A DNA stretch of 64,000 nucleotides from an uncultured delta proteobacterium. GTDB lineage: Bacteria; Desulfobacterota; Binatia; Binatales; Binataceae. Shown piece by piece: positions 9,899 to 19,606 of the stretch (positions are counted from its first letter, which is position 1; each line of letters starts with the position of its first letter). Below the pieces are notes generated by a model. The model was given only the letters and a program-made list of their open reading frames with translations, was not told where the DNA came from and did no database searches. Where the stretch lies: NCBI GenBank assembly GCA_963711565.1, contig CAVQEQ010000003.1:1-64000 (forward strand), written 5' to 3'. The position numbers and the translations under genes are program-made.

Positions 9899-12313
9899 GT
9901 GGCGACTTCACCTTCGAGGATTTCGAGGGCGACGCGATGCTGCGCGAAAATCTGCGCTGCGTTTGCGCTCGCCTCAATTCTTGTACTGATGATCCTCAGC
10001 GGCTCAGCCGCCGCCGGGATGGAACTTTCATTAACGTCTGTCAGCGGCACCGCACAGGATGCTCTCGGCAGGCCGGTGGCGAATGCGCTCGTGATATTAC
10101 GGGCAGCGGATGGTCGCACCGTACTTCGCACCACCAGCGGTGAGCACGGGCAATTCAAGGTGCGGGCGCAACTGCCCGGGACTTATGACCTGATTGTTCA
10201 AAAGCCCGGCTTCAGGCCCGCCAGCGAAATTCTCGTCTTCCCCTCCACGGCCGGAACTCCCGTCCACCTCGTGATGGAGTCTGTGCAGGCATTGACGGTT
10301 CCCGTCACTGCCAGCCGGGTCCGCGCGCAAAACGGATTGACCGCCACCGGCGTCAGCAAATACACCTTCACTGCCCGCGACATCGCGAATCTTCCTCAAG
10401 GTGAGGCTACTCCGCTCAACCAGGTGTTGTTGCAGATGCCGGGGGTGGCGCTCGACCAGAACCAGGAGATTCACATCCGCGGCGAGCATGCGGGCGTCCA
10501 GTACCAGATGAACAGCATCCTGCTGCCGCTGGACACCAACAACGACCCGACCTTCACACAGCTGCTCAATTCGTATTTCGTCAAGAGCGTGAGTCTGATC
10601 GATGGCGTCCTGCCGGCCGAATACGGTTACCGGACCTCCGGCGTGGTAGAAATCAGTACCAAGAGCGGATGCGATGACCCGCACAACGAGTTCACGATTT
10701 ATGGCGGCCAGCGCGATACCGCACAGCCAAGTTTCCAGCTCGGCGGATGCGGCGGAAAGTTCAGTTACTTTCTGACCGGCGTTTACACGCATTCCAACCT
10801 GGGCCTCAGTTCCGCGACTCGCGGTCCAGATCCGATTCACGACGGCGTCGACCAGGGTCAGGGATTCGCTTATCTCACCTACTCGATAAGTCCGACCACC
10901 CAACTCAGCCTGATCACCGGAATGACCGTCGCCCACAATCAGTTTCCCAACGTTCCCGGCGAAACTCCCGAGTTCACGCTGCGCGGCGTCAATCCCGCTG
11001 ATTTTCCATCCGAGGATATCGATTCGACCCTCGATCAGCAGGACTACTACGGAGTGCTCGCCCTGAACGGCGCGCTCGGCTCGAATGCCGACTACCAGCT
11101 TGCCTACACGATGCACTACAACCGCGAGAACTTTAATCCCGATGAGATAAGCGATCTCATCTACCAGGGCATCGCCCCGAAAGTATTTGACAGCGACTTT
11201 TCAAACTCCGCGCAAGGCAATCTCACTTATCGATGGAACGATCACACGTTGCGCGGCGGATTCTATTTTGGCGAGTACGGTGTCGAAGCAGATAATACGT
11301 CGAGCGTGTTTCCTGTTGCCGCTGGAGTGACGGCGGAGGTCCCCATCTCGATCACGACCAATCTCAACAAGATCAATCTGGTCTATGGTGTCTTTCTCCA
11401 GGACACCTGGCAACTGAGCGAGAAGCTAAGCGTGAATTTTGGCTCGCGATGGGATCGGGTAAGCGGCCTCGTCAACGACAGTCAGTTCAGTCCGACGATA
11501 AATTTCGTGTACAAGCCGCGTCGCGACACTACCATCCATGCCGGCTTCGCGCGCAACTTCCAGATCCCGAACTTCCAGGGCGTTTCGCCGGGCATCGCCG
11601 CCTTGCAGCACACTACTGGCGGTGTCGGTCCCGGAATACCCTTAAATGTAAATCTCGACGCGGAGACCGACTACATCTGGGACGTCGGCTATACCCATCA
11701 GATCACGCCTCAGCTGGCGCTTTCGCAGGACGGCTACTTCCGGATGGACCGCGACTACATAGATGAGGGTGAGTTCGGCTTCGTGCCCATCGACGCGCCC
11801 TTCAACTACGTCAGGGGCTACGGCGCCGGACTCGAAAACTCGATTACCTACAATCTTTCCAATCTGACTCTGCGAGTGTCGCAATTTGTGGCCCGCGAAG
11901 AAGTCCGCGGCGTCGCGACCGGCCAGTACAATTTCCCTCCGCCTGCCCAGCTTCACTATCTCGATCAGCACTTCATCGTACTCGACCACACACCGCTGGT
12001 GGGTGGCTCAGGCGGCGCGGCTTACAAATGGAAGACTTGGCAGTTTACCTTCGACGGGCTGTTCAGCAGCGGCTTACGCGGCGGTTTCGCGAACCGGACT
12101 CAGCTGCCGAAAGTATGGCAATTCAACCTGAGCGCCGCCAAGTCTCTCGACGTGCCGCTACTCGGGCACATCGAGAACCGGGTAATCCTGCTCAACGTAT
12201 TCGATCGCATCAATCTGATTCGTCCCGCCACCGGTATCGGAGTCTTCCAGTCCGCCTACGGACCGAGAATCACAGTTTACGACGCGCTGACGATTCCGCT
12301 GACGGCCCTCTAA
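9899..12313 (+). CDS. TonB-dependent receptor with N-terminal carboxypeptidase-regulatory-like domain
   Basis: Signal peptide; VSGTAQDALGRPVANALV domain; plug LLQMPGV...IHIRGEH...YQMNSI...PAEYGYRTSGVVEI; beta-barrel C-terminus NVFDR...YGPRIT. GTG 9899 is preceded by GGAGAGG. Confidence 0.9.
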   Translation: MATSPSRISRATRCCAKICAAFALASILVLMILSGSAAAGMELSLTSVSGTAQDALGRPVANALVILRAADGRTVLRTTSGEHGQFKVRAQLPGTYDLIVQKPGFRPASEILVFPSTAGTPVHLVMESVQALTVPVTASRVRAQNGLTATGVSKYTFTARDIANLPQGEATPLNQVLLQMPGVALDQNQEIHIRGEHAGVQYQMNSILLPLDTNNDPTFTQLLNSYFVKSVSLIDGVLPAEYGYRTSGVVEISTKSGCDDPHNEFTIYGGQRDTAQPSFQLGGCGGKFSYFLTGVYTHSNLGLSSATRGPDPIHDGVDQGQGFAYLTYSISPTTQLSLITGMTVAHNQFPNVPGETPEFTLRGVNPADFPSEDIDSTLDQQDYYGVLALNGALGSNADYQLAYTMHYNRENFNPDEISDLIYQGIAPKVFDSDFSNSAQGNLTYRWNDHTLRGGFYFGEYGVEADNTSSVFPVAAGVTAEVPISITTNLNKINLVYGVFLQDTWQLSEKLSVNFGSRWDRVSGLVNDSQFSPTINFVYKPRRDTTIHAGFARNFQIPNFQGVSPGIAALQHTTGGVGPGIPLNVNLDAETDYIWDVGYTHQITPQLALSQDGYFRMDRDYIDEGEFGFVPIDAPFNYVRGYGAGLENSITYNLSNLTLRVSQFVAREEVRGVATGQYNFPPPAQLHYLDQHFIVLDHTPLVGGSGGAAYKWKTWQFTFDGLFSSGLRGGFANRTQLPKVWQFNLSAAKSLDVPLLGHIENRVILLNVFDRINLIRPATGIGVFQSAYGPRITVYDALTIPLTAL

Positions 12314-12358
12314 GTCGGGTATGTCGAGCAAAGCCGGTGATGGATGGATGCACGGCGG

Positions 12359-13186
12359 TCAGGCGACGACTGGATCCTGCCACAGCTTGATGCCCCCGAG
12401 CAGACCGTCGGTGTTGCTGATCACCCTGACGTTCGACGGCAGCTTGAAGTTGATTGAGGCCGCGTTGCCGCCCCCGATGTACAGCCGGTCGTAGTTGAAG
12501 GCTTTCGCCAGGTCGTCGATCGCTTCGCGCAGGTGCTTGTTCCACTTCTTCTTGCCCCGCTTCAAGAACGTCCGGTTGCCGAGTTCGTCTTCATAGGTCT
12601 TGCCGTTGTGAAACGGATGATGCCCCAGCTCGAGATGAATCCTGTGCCCGTCGACGAACAGCACCGATCCGAAGCCGGTGCCGAGCGTGATCACCAGTTC
12701 GTCGCCGTGGCCGGTGACACATCCGAGGCCCTGCACGTCGGCGTCGTTGGCGACACGGACGGGCTTCTTGAGCTTCTTCTTCAGCTCCGCTTCGAGCGGA
12801 AAGTTATTCCATCCCTTGCCGAGGTTCGGCGCGGTGTAAACGACGCCGTTTTTGACCACGCCCGGAAATCCAGCCGAGGCGCGGTCGAACTCGCCCGCCA
12901 TCTTTGCGAGCTCCGCGATAATGGCGATCACTTTCTTCGGCGTCGCGTTGTGCGGCGTCTTGATCTTTTGCCGCTCGGTGATCATCTTGCCTTTCTCGTT
13001 GAGCGCCGCCGCCTTGATTCCAGTCCCGCCGACATCCACCGCGAGCGTGGTTATCGATTTTGCCGCCGTCGGCTTTGGCGCCGCCGCTGGCTTGGCGGCC
13101 GCCGCCGGTTTCACTGGTGCCGGCCCGTTTGCAATCGGTTTTGGCGCTGGAAGCTTCGCGGCTTGTTCTTCTTTCATTCTGGTCAC
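12359..13186 (-). CDS. ROK-family sugar kinase, polyphosphate glucokinase-like
   Basis: AVDVGGTGIK, VANDADVQGLG, ITLGTGFGS, LELGH, YIGGGN; Pro/Ala/Lys-rich N-terminal extension. Confidence 0.85.
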   Translation of the reverse strand: MTRMKEEQAAKLPAPKPIANGPAPVKPAAAAKPAAAPKPTAAKSITTLAVDVGGTGIKAAALNEKGKMITERQKIKTPHNATPKKVIAIIAELAKMAGEFDRASAGFPGVVKNGVVYTAPNLGKGWNNFPLEAELKKKLKKPVRVANDADVQGLGCVTGHGDELVITLGTGFGSVLFVDGHRIHLELGHHPFHNGKTYEDELGNRTFLKRGKKKWNKHLREAIDDLAKAFNYDRLYIGGGNAASINFKLPSNVRVISNTDGLLGGIKLWQDPVVA

Positions 13187-13337
13187 TCTTGCTTGATGGT
13201 TTGGAACAATGCGCGCGTTAATCGCCGCTTACGATTCGTTCCTTATATACCAAAGCTGATTCGCACGCATTGTTATGGCATGTGCTCGTCGCGATGTGGT
13301 AATTCAGGCCCCGCGCATGGGCCGGGGACACCTTCGA

Positions 13338-14651
13338 TTGGCATCGCGAATAGCAAACTACTTCGGGCTCGAAGTTGCAGGCACCACGTTTCGACGCGAG
13401 GTGCTCGCCGGCGTCACCACCTTCGTCACGATGTCGTACATCATCGCGGTCAACCCAGCCATCCTCAAAGCCGCCGGCATCCCGGAAGGACCTTCGATGG
13501 TCGCGACGATCATGACCGCGGTGGTCGGAACGCTGGTGATGGGGCTGTACGCCAATCGTCCGTTCGCGATCGCACCGTACATGGGCGAGAACGCGTTCGT
13601 CGCATACACGGTTGTGAAGGTGCTCGGCTACAGTTGGCAAACTGCGATGGCCGCCGTGTTTCTCGCCGGCGCGATGTTCACGCTGTTGACCGTCGCCCGC
13701 GTGCGAGCCTGGATGGTAGAAGCACTGCCGCCAGGACTGTCCTACAGTTTCGGCGTCGGTATCGGATTGTTTCTGACTTTCATAGGACTCAACGAATCCG
13801 GAATCGTCGCGATTGGCGTGCCCGGCGCGCCGGTGAAGCTCGGTAACCTCGCAACGCCATCGGTCGAGATAGCGATTCTCAGCTTCGTGCTGATCGCGGT
13901 ACTGATGGTCCGCCGCGTGCCGGGCGCAATCCTGCTCGGAATTTTGATCTCGGCCGGGATAGCATTTGTTACCGGCGTCGCGAAGGCGCCGTCGGCCTGG
14001 GTCAGCATGCCGCCGAATCCCGCGCCGATTATGCTGCAACTCAATCTGCGCGGCGCGCTCAGCGTCGGATTTTTCGGCGTGCTGTTGACGATATTCGTGA
14101 TGGCGCTGATCGACACGATGGGCTCGCTGATCGGTGTCTCCGCGCGCGCCGGATTTCTCGACGCCGACGGCACCTTGCCGCAGATCGAACGCCCGATGCT
14201 CGCCGACGCGATCGCCACGACGTTCGCGGGCCTCGCCGGCACGACAACCGCTGGCGCGTACATCGAGTCCGCCTCCGGCGTCCACGTCGGTGGACGCACT
14301 GGATTGACGGCGGTGGTGGTCGCCGCTTTGTTTGCGATGTCGTTGTTCTTCGCGCCGATCGTCGCCGCGATTCCCGCCGCTTCGTATGCGCCCGCGCTGA
14401 TCGTCGTCGGCGCGATGATGGTCGCGCCCGTCGTCAAGATCGACTTCGACGACTACACCGAGCTGATTCCCGCCTTTACCGTGATTGCCTTGATGAGCTT
14501 CACCTACAACATCGGCGTTGGTATCACGGCCGGGCTGGTGCTTTATCCGCTATTCAAGCTCGCCGCCGGCCGGTATCGCGAGGTGCGCGCAGGATTGTGG
14601 ATTTTATGCATTCTATCGATTCTGTTTTACGTTTTTTATCCATATCAATAG
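13338..14651 (+). CDS. NCS2/AzgA-family purine permease
   Basis: REVLAGVTTFVTMSYIIAVNPAIL, APYMGENAF, YIESASGV..GGRTGLT; start uncertain (13275 or 13338). Confidence 0.9.
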   Translation: MASRIANYFGLEVAGTTFRREVLAGVTTFVTMSYIIAVNPAILKAAGIPEGPSMVATIMTAVVGTLVMGLYANRPFAIAPYMGENAFVAYTVVKVLGYSWQTAMAAVFLAGAMFTLLTVARVRAWMVEALPPGLSYSFGVGIGLFLTFIGLNESGIVAIGVPGAPVKLGNLATPSVEIAILSFVLIAVLMVRRVPGAILLGILISAGIAFVTGVAKAPSAWVSMPPNPAPIMLQLNLRGALSVGFFGVLLTIFVMALIDTMGSLIGVSARAGFLDADGTLPQIERPMLADAIATTFAGLAGTTTAGAYIESASGVHVGGRTGLTAVVVAALFAMSLFFAPIVAAIPAASYAPALIVVGAMMVAPVVKIDFDDYTELIPAFTVIALMSFTYNIGVGITAGLVLYPLFKLAAGRYREVRAGLWILCILSILFYVFYPYQ

Positions 14652-14742
14652 TGAATAGCGCTACTTGGTAAACTTGGCCAATTGATCCATTTCTATCGCC
14701 TGATTAACTTCCTTGTCGGACCGAAGCCGTCAGGAGGATGGG

Positions 14743-15015
14743 ATGGCTATATTTACTAAGCGGTTCGCCAACGCCGACGACTACGAAGAATGGCTGCAGC
14801 AGGCCAGCGATCGGATCAACGTGCTATCGATTGACAATCCTCCGGCACTATATGGTTCGACACTGCGACGACGAAACGGCCAGGTTGTCGTAAAGTTTCA
14901 AACCCACGATAAGAGCTTTGCCGGTCGGTTTGGTCCCGGCGGAAAGACTGTGGAGTATGTGATCGTGGGAGCGGCGTTCTTCGCACTGTTCGCCTACATG
15001 ATTGCGGAACTCTAG
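14743..15015 (+). CDS. Small hypothetical protein with C-terminal TM anchor
   Basis: AGGAGG RBS before ATG 14743; hydrophobic tail YVIVGAAFFALFAYMI. Confidence 0.6.
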   Translation: MAIFTKRFANADDYEEWLQQASDRINVLSIDNPPALYGSTLRRRNGQVVVKFQTHDKSFAGRFGPGGKTVEYVIVGAAFFALFAYMIAEL

Positions 15016-15042
15016 CCGCCCCGGCCGAACCCGCGCGATATT

Positions 15043-17076
15043 CTAGTCAGTGCGATCGCCGCCAACCGGCGCAGGACTCAGTGAGCCTGGGACGCGCGCG
15101 ATATGGTCGGGCGTCAGCCGGAGCTTGCGCGTCTGCTCGTTGAACAGTTGCGAATAGACGCCGGTGCGCTTGACCAGTTCCGCATGCGCGCCGACCTCGA
15201 CGATCTTCCCGTGATCGAGCACCACGATCACGTCGGCGTCCACGGCGCTCGAGAGTCGATGTGCAATCAGGAACGACGTGCGCCCCTTCATCAGGCGGCG
15301 CACCGCGTCGTGAATCAGATTCTCGACTTCGGAGTCGAGTCCCAACGTCGCTTCGTCGAGAATCAGAATTGGCGGATTTTTCAGAAAGACTCGCGCGAGC
15401 GCGAGGCGCTGCCGCTGGCCCGTGGACGGACGGACACCACCCTCGCCTATCGTCGTGTCGAGCTTGTCGGGCAGCGAATCAACGAAGTCGCGGATGTTGG
15501 CCTGGTCGAGCGCGCGCCAGACATCCGGGTCGGGCGCGCCGGGGCGTCCGTACTGCACGTTCTCGCGAATCGACGCGCTGAACAGGATCGCGTCCTGCGG
15601 CACGATCCCGATCGAATCGCGCAACGACTTCAGCGTCACGCTCGAAATGTCGGTGCCGTCGATCAGAATTCGACCAGCGGCCAGCTCGTAAAAGCGGGGA
15701 ATCAGCCCGGCGAGCGTGGTCTTGCCCGCGCCCGAGCGCCCAACCAGCGCAACCGTCGTCCCAGCCGGCACCTTCAGGTTCACGTCATCGAGCGTGATGC
15801 GGATTGGGCCACCGTCGAGCGGCTTGTAGCCGAAGCGCAGATGCTCGATCTCGACCAGGCCGCTTTTCACTTTGAGCGCCGACGCACCGGGACGGTCGTG
15901 CACCTCGGGCGTCTCGTCGAAGAACGCGAAGATGCGCTCGATCGCCGCGAGCGCGGTCGCCACGATCACCGACAACTCCGAGAAGCGCTGCAGCGGCAGA
16001 TAGAACGAGGGCAGCAGGCCGAAGAATGCGACCAGCGTGCCGATGGTCATCTTGCCCCGCATAATCATCAGCGCGCCCGCCCAGATCACGATCAGAGGCG
16101 CGCCGCGCGAGATGAATTCGGTGAACATCTGATGGGTTGACGAAAGCTGGACGCTTTCGATCGTCAGGTCGTACATCTCGACGGTACGCTGATGGAACCT
16201 GCGCGCCTCGTCGGCCTCGCGCGCGAACGACTTGACCGTCGAGACGCCGGCCACCCGCTCCTGCAACTCGCCGGAAAATTCCTCAACCACTTCTTGCAGC
16301 TCGTGACTGGTCTTCTTGATTTTGGGCGACAGGATCCGAATCACCGCGACATAGAGCGGAATGATGATCAGTGAAATCCATGCCAGCCGCTCGTTCAGAG
16401 AGAACAGCAGCCAGATCACGAAGCCAAGCGACACGCCGTCCATCCAGATGTTGATCATCGCGGAGCCGACGAAGTTCTGCGCCATCGAGATGTCGGAAAT
16501 AAAGCGCGAGACCACCGCGCCCAACGTCGTCCGATCGAAAAACGAGTGCGACAGGCGCTGCATGTGCTTATACAGCGCGTAGCGCAGATCAAAAATCAGG
16601 CGATGACCCGCCATCGCGGCCCAATAGTTGCGGTAGTAGGTCGCGATCGCCTGCACAAAAAACAGCGCGAAGAGAGCTGCCGTCAGAGCTTCGAGTTTTG
16701 CCGCCGATCCCGTGCCCAGATGAAGCATCGCGGCGATCGAGATGCACCAGCCATCGATCAGCCTATTCCAATGCTCCAGATGCGGCTGCGGAACGAGCAA
16801 AACGTCGAATACGTATTTGAAGGCGAGCGGGAACGCGAGCGGCAGCGTGAACTTCAGGATGCCCATGACGGAGCCACCCGCCACCAGCAACAGATGCGGC
16901 CGCACGTAGCCGAGAAAGCGCACCAAGGGAGTGCGCGGAACGAAACGATCGAAGAGTCGCTCGAAGAAACCGCGGCTACGTTGGTCGGGTTCGTCGGGAG
17001 CGCCTGTCGGCTCACCAACGGAACAATCCGGCGTCTCCGGCGCACCGGCGATTACAGCAGAACTGCGATTTGGCAT
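15043..17076 (-). CDS. ABC exporter, fused permease/ATPase (MsbA/Sav1866-like)
   Basis: TM domain, Walker A GRSGAGKT, signature variant PSTGQRQ, Walker B ILILDEAT, IAHRLS. Confidence 0.9.
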   Translation of the reverse strand: MPNRSSAVIAGAPETPDCSVGEPTGAPDEPDQRSRGFFERLFDRFVPRTPLVRFLGYVRPHLLLVAGGSVMGILKFTLPLAFPLAFKYVFDVLLVPQPHLEHWNRLIDGWCISIAAMLHLGTGSAAKLEALTAALFALFFVQAIATYYRNYWAAMAGHRLIFDLRYALYKHMQRLSHSFFDRTTLGAVVSRFISDISMAQNFVGSAMINIWMDGVSLGFVIWLLFSLNERLAWISLIIIPLYVAVIRILSPKIKKTSHELQEVVEEFSGELQERVAGVSTVKSFAREADEARRFHQRTVEMYDLTIESVQLSSTHQMFTEFISRGAPLIVIWAGALMIMRGKMTIGTLVAFFGLLPSFYLPLQRFSELSVIVATALAAIERIFAFFDETPEVHDRPGASALKVKSGLVEIEHLRFGYKPLDGGPIRITLDDVNLKVPAGTTVALVGRSGAGKTTLAGLIPRFYELAAGRILIDGTDISSVTLKSLRDSIGIVPQDAILFSASIRENVQYGRPGAPDPDVWRALDQANIRDFVDSLPDKLDTTIGEGGVRPSTGQRQRLALARVFLKNPPILILDEATLGLDSEVENLIHDAVRRLMKGRTSFLIAHRLSSAVDADVIVVLDHGKIVEVGAHAELVKRTGVYSQLFNEQTRKLRLTPDHIARVPGSLSPAPVGGDRTD

Positions 17077-17151
17077 GCGCGATAGTTTAGCAGTCGGGCA
17101 GGGGCCAGAAAATACGTGCGGGAACGCCCGGCATTGCGCTCGATCCTCGCG

Positions 17152-17206
17152 CCCTCACCCGTGCGCGACACAAGTGTCGCCGCACGACCTCTCCCGAAGG
17201 GAGAGG
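17152..17206. repeat. REP-like palindromic element (CCCTCACCC...CCTCTCCC-GAA-GGGAGAGG)
   Basis: CCCTCACCC leader, internal CGACAC/GTGTCG hairpin, terminal 8-bp hairpin. Confidence 0.7.
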
Positions 17207-17215
17207 TAAGAGGTT

Positions 17216-18334
17216 TTACGCGGCTGCCGAAATCCGATCGATCATCGCGGGGATCTTGCTGCGTTTGGCGTGGCCGGTGAGGCCCGCCGCTGCGATTCGC
17301 TCCATGTACTCGCGCACCGCCAAGCGGATAAACTTCGCGGTCGCGATGCGGCCCTTGTCCACTTGCGCCTTGTCGAGTCCGCCACCGCAGACGATGATCA
17401 TCGGCTCGAGCAGCTCGGGACTTCCGATCAATCCGAGCAGCGCGTGCTCAGTGTGATCGAGATAACCCTCGATCGCGTTCCCTTCGAGCGGGCGATGATT
17501 CAGATGGTAGCGCAGTTGGCCGAGTCCGTACGCGGTCTGGCGTCCGGCGTCCTGCATCGCGTAGCGCATGATCTTGCGATCGACGTTGGTCGGCGCGAAC
17601 GCCGCCACTTGCCGATATAGCGTGAGCAAAAAGCCCGCGAGCGTCAGGTTGATCGAGACCGAGCCCTGCGGAAACTGATCCGCCCACAGCCATTCCTTGA
17701 GCCCCTGCTCCGCTGTCGCACTGGCGCGACCGAGGCCCGCGCCGCCGAAGAGCGCGCGCTTGCGGAACACCTCGAACAGCCGCGACGCGTCGAGCATTTG
17801 CGCGCACATCCAGCTTTTCAGTTCGAGGAAGTCCTGGTTGATCAGTGCGACCCACTTCGACGGAAAGTCCATCGACACGATCTGGCATTCCTGCAGAAAC
17901 GTGTAGAGCTGCGCGCATGCCATCTCGAGATCGTGCGGCAGAGGATTCGCGTGAAGCTCAGTCCATGGGATGTCGGTCGCGGGGACCCATCGACGCGCCT
18001 TCACCTCTTCGTAAAGCTCCGCGACGTTGTCCGACCACACGTCCGATTTCCGATTTACGACGTAACCCATGTCGGGCAGCTTGCCGACCTTCTCACTCCC
18101 GCGCGACACCATCGACTGACTGGTGCGAACGTCCTCGGGAATGTTGGTGTAGCCGTAGGTGCCGACGTTAAGGTCCTGGTAGGTAAGTCCCCGCTTAGGA
18201 TCGGAGGGACGACCGGCAAGGCGCTCAGTCTTAGCCTCGTACCAGAGGAGGCCCAAGTTGCCCTCCATAACCTTCTGCGCGGCCCGGAGGACTGTTTCGT
18301 CAACTGTGTAATCCTTGTCAGCGTAAAATGCCAT
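17216..18334 (-). CDS. Ferritin-like paralog lacking di-iron ligands (putative beta/structural subunit)
   Basis: Co-linear with 18438-19583 (RGLTYxDLNVGTYG, ATDIPW, EVFRKRAL, GGGL) but ligand positions read QECQ, DASRL, LAG, DAGRQ. Confidence 0.85.
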   Translation of the reverse strand: MAFYADKDYTVDETVLRAAQKVMEGNLGLLWYEAKTERLAGRPSDPKRGLTYQDLNVGTYGYTNIPEDVRTSQSMVSRGSEKVGKLPDMGYVVNRKSDVWSDNVAELYEEVKARRWVPATDIPWTELHANPLPHDLEMACAQLYTFLQECQIVSMDFPSKWVALINQDFLELKSWMCAQMLDASRLFEVFRKRALFGGAGLGRASATAEQGLKEWLWADQFPQGSVSINLTLAGFLLTLYRQVAAFAPTNVDRKIMRYAMQDAGRQTAYGLGQLRYHLNHRPLEGNAIEGYLDHTEHALLGLIGSPELLEPMIIVCGGGLDKAQVDKGRIATAKFIRLAVREYMERIAAAGLTGHAKRSKIPAMIDRISAAA

Positions 18335-18340
18335 TTCGGA

Positions 18341-18415
18341 ACCTAACCCCTAACCCCTTCCCGCGCGGGAAGGGGAACCAATCGCGGAGAGTAACCCCTT
18401 CCCATCGGGAAGGGG
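18341..18415. repeat. Tandem REP-like hairpins CCCCTTCCC-N3/4-GGGAAGGGG
   Basis: Copies at 18354-18375 and 18395-18415, preceded by ACCTAACCCCTAA. Confidence 0.8.
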
Positions 18416-18437
18416 GACCGGAATTAAAGAGAGAGAG

Positions 18438-19583
18438 CTAGTTCAGTTTGATTCCTGCGCTCTCGGCCGCGGCGCGTCCCATCTCGTACATTAGATAGAG
18501 CTTCGAACGTTCGCGACGCTCGGGCATCCCACACTTGTCCAGCCGCTCGAAATGCTCCTGCATCTGCTTGAGATTGAACTGAGTCGTGACCTTAATGCCT
18601 TCCTCGATATTTTCTTTCTTGAGTCCGCCGCCAGCGAGGATGATAAACGCCTCGGTCAGCTCGGTCGCGGCCGCGCCAGCGAACGAAATGTTCTCGGCTT
18701 CGTCCAGGTGCGCGTGCAGGACTTCCCGCTTCTCGGGGAAATGCTCGAGCACATATTTGAAATGCTGCATGCCGTAGCCGACGTGCCGCGCTTCATCCTG
18801 CATCACTAGCCGGAAGATCTTCTTGTCCACGTCGGTCGGTGACAGATATTCGCTGAAGCGGAACAGCGTCAGCACGTTGCCTTCCGCGACCAGGTGCAGC
18901 GCGACCGACATCTCGCTGAACGAATCGGCGTCGCGCAGATGCTTCAGCGCCATCTCGTTGATTGGGCTCGCCTGCATCAGGCCCCATCCTGTCGTCAAGG
19001 CGCGCTTGCGGAAAACCTCCGCGTGACGCGCCTCGTCCATCGCCTGCGCCGCGATGAAGGATCGCACTTCGATAAAGTCGGGATTCAGCCGCGGCAGCCA
19101 CATCGCCGGCGTGTCGGTCGCAATCATCTCCACTTCGGTAAGGAAGGTCATCAACTGCGACAGCGCCTTGCCGGTTACTTCGGGCAGCTCGACGCCGTCG
19201 AGCCTATCCCATGGAATGTCGGTAGTAGCATTCCACTGGCGCGACACGGCTTCTTCGTAATAGCTCTCGGTGTTGAACGCCCATAGCTCGCTCTTGCGCG
19301 AGACCCATGGCTGCGCGTCGGGCACGCCGTCGGGAATCTCGGCGCCGCGCGGCGCATAGGAGCGATTGTTGCGAACCTTCTCAGGAATGTCGGTGAAGCC
19401 ATAGGTGCCGACGTTGAGGTCGCGATAGGTCAGTCCCCGGCGCGGGTTAGCCTCTTCGGGACTGATTTTCTCAGTCGCCGACTTCATCCACGACAGGTCC
19501 ATCTCGCCAGTCCTGATCGTGTATAGCCACTTGTCGATAAAGTCCTTGTCCTGGGTGAAGTCCGTAGTCGATAGGTATGCCAT
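18438..19583 (-). CDS. Ferritin-like di-iron carboxylate protein (putative catalytic subunit)
   Basis: Complete E...ExxH...E...ExxH set: TEVE, DEARH, AEG, DEARH; QWNATTDIPW motif. Confidence 0.9.
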   Translation of the reverse strand: MAYLSTTDFTQDKDFIDKWLYTIRTGEMDLSWMKSATEKISPEEANPRRGLTYRDLNVGTYGFTDIPEKVRNNRSYAPRGAEIPDGVPDAQPWVSRKSELWAFNTESYYEEAVSRQWNATTDIPWDRLDGVELPEVTGKALSQLMTFLTEVEMIATDTPAMWLPRLNPDFIEVRSFIAAQAMDEARHAEVFRKRALTTGWGLMQASPINEMALKHLRDADSFSEMSVALHLVAEGNVLTLFRFSEYLSPTDVDKKIFRLVMQDEARHVGYGMQHFKYVLEHFPEKREVLHAHLDEAENISFAGAAATELTEAFIILAGGGLKKENIEEGIKVTTQFNLKQMQEHFERLDKCGMPERRERSKLYLMYEMGRAAAESAGIKLN

Positions 19584-19606
19584 CGTCGCCGCGCCTCCGC
19601 GCCTGC

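Noticed and set aside
13187-13337. Purine riboswitch upstream of the NCS2 permease
   Set aside because: Short divergent intergenic region with no recognisable aptamer or terminator
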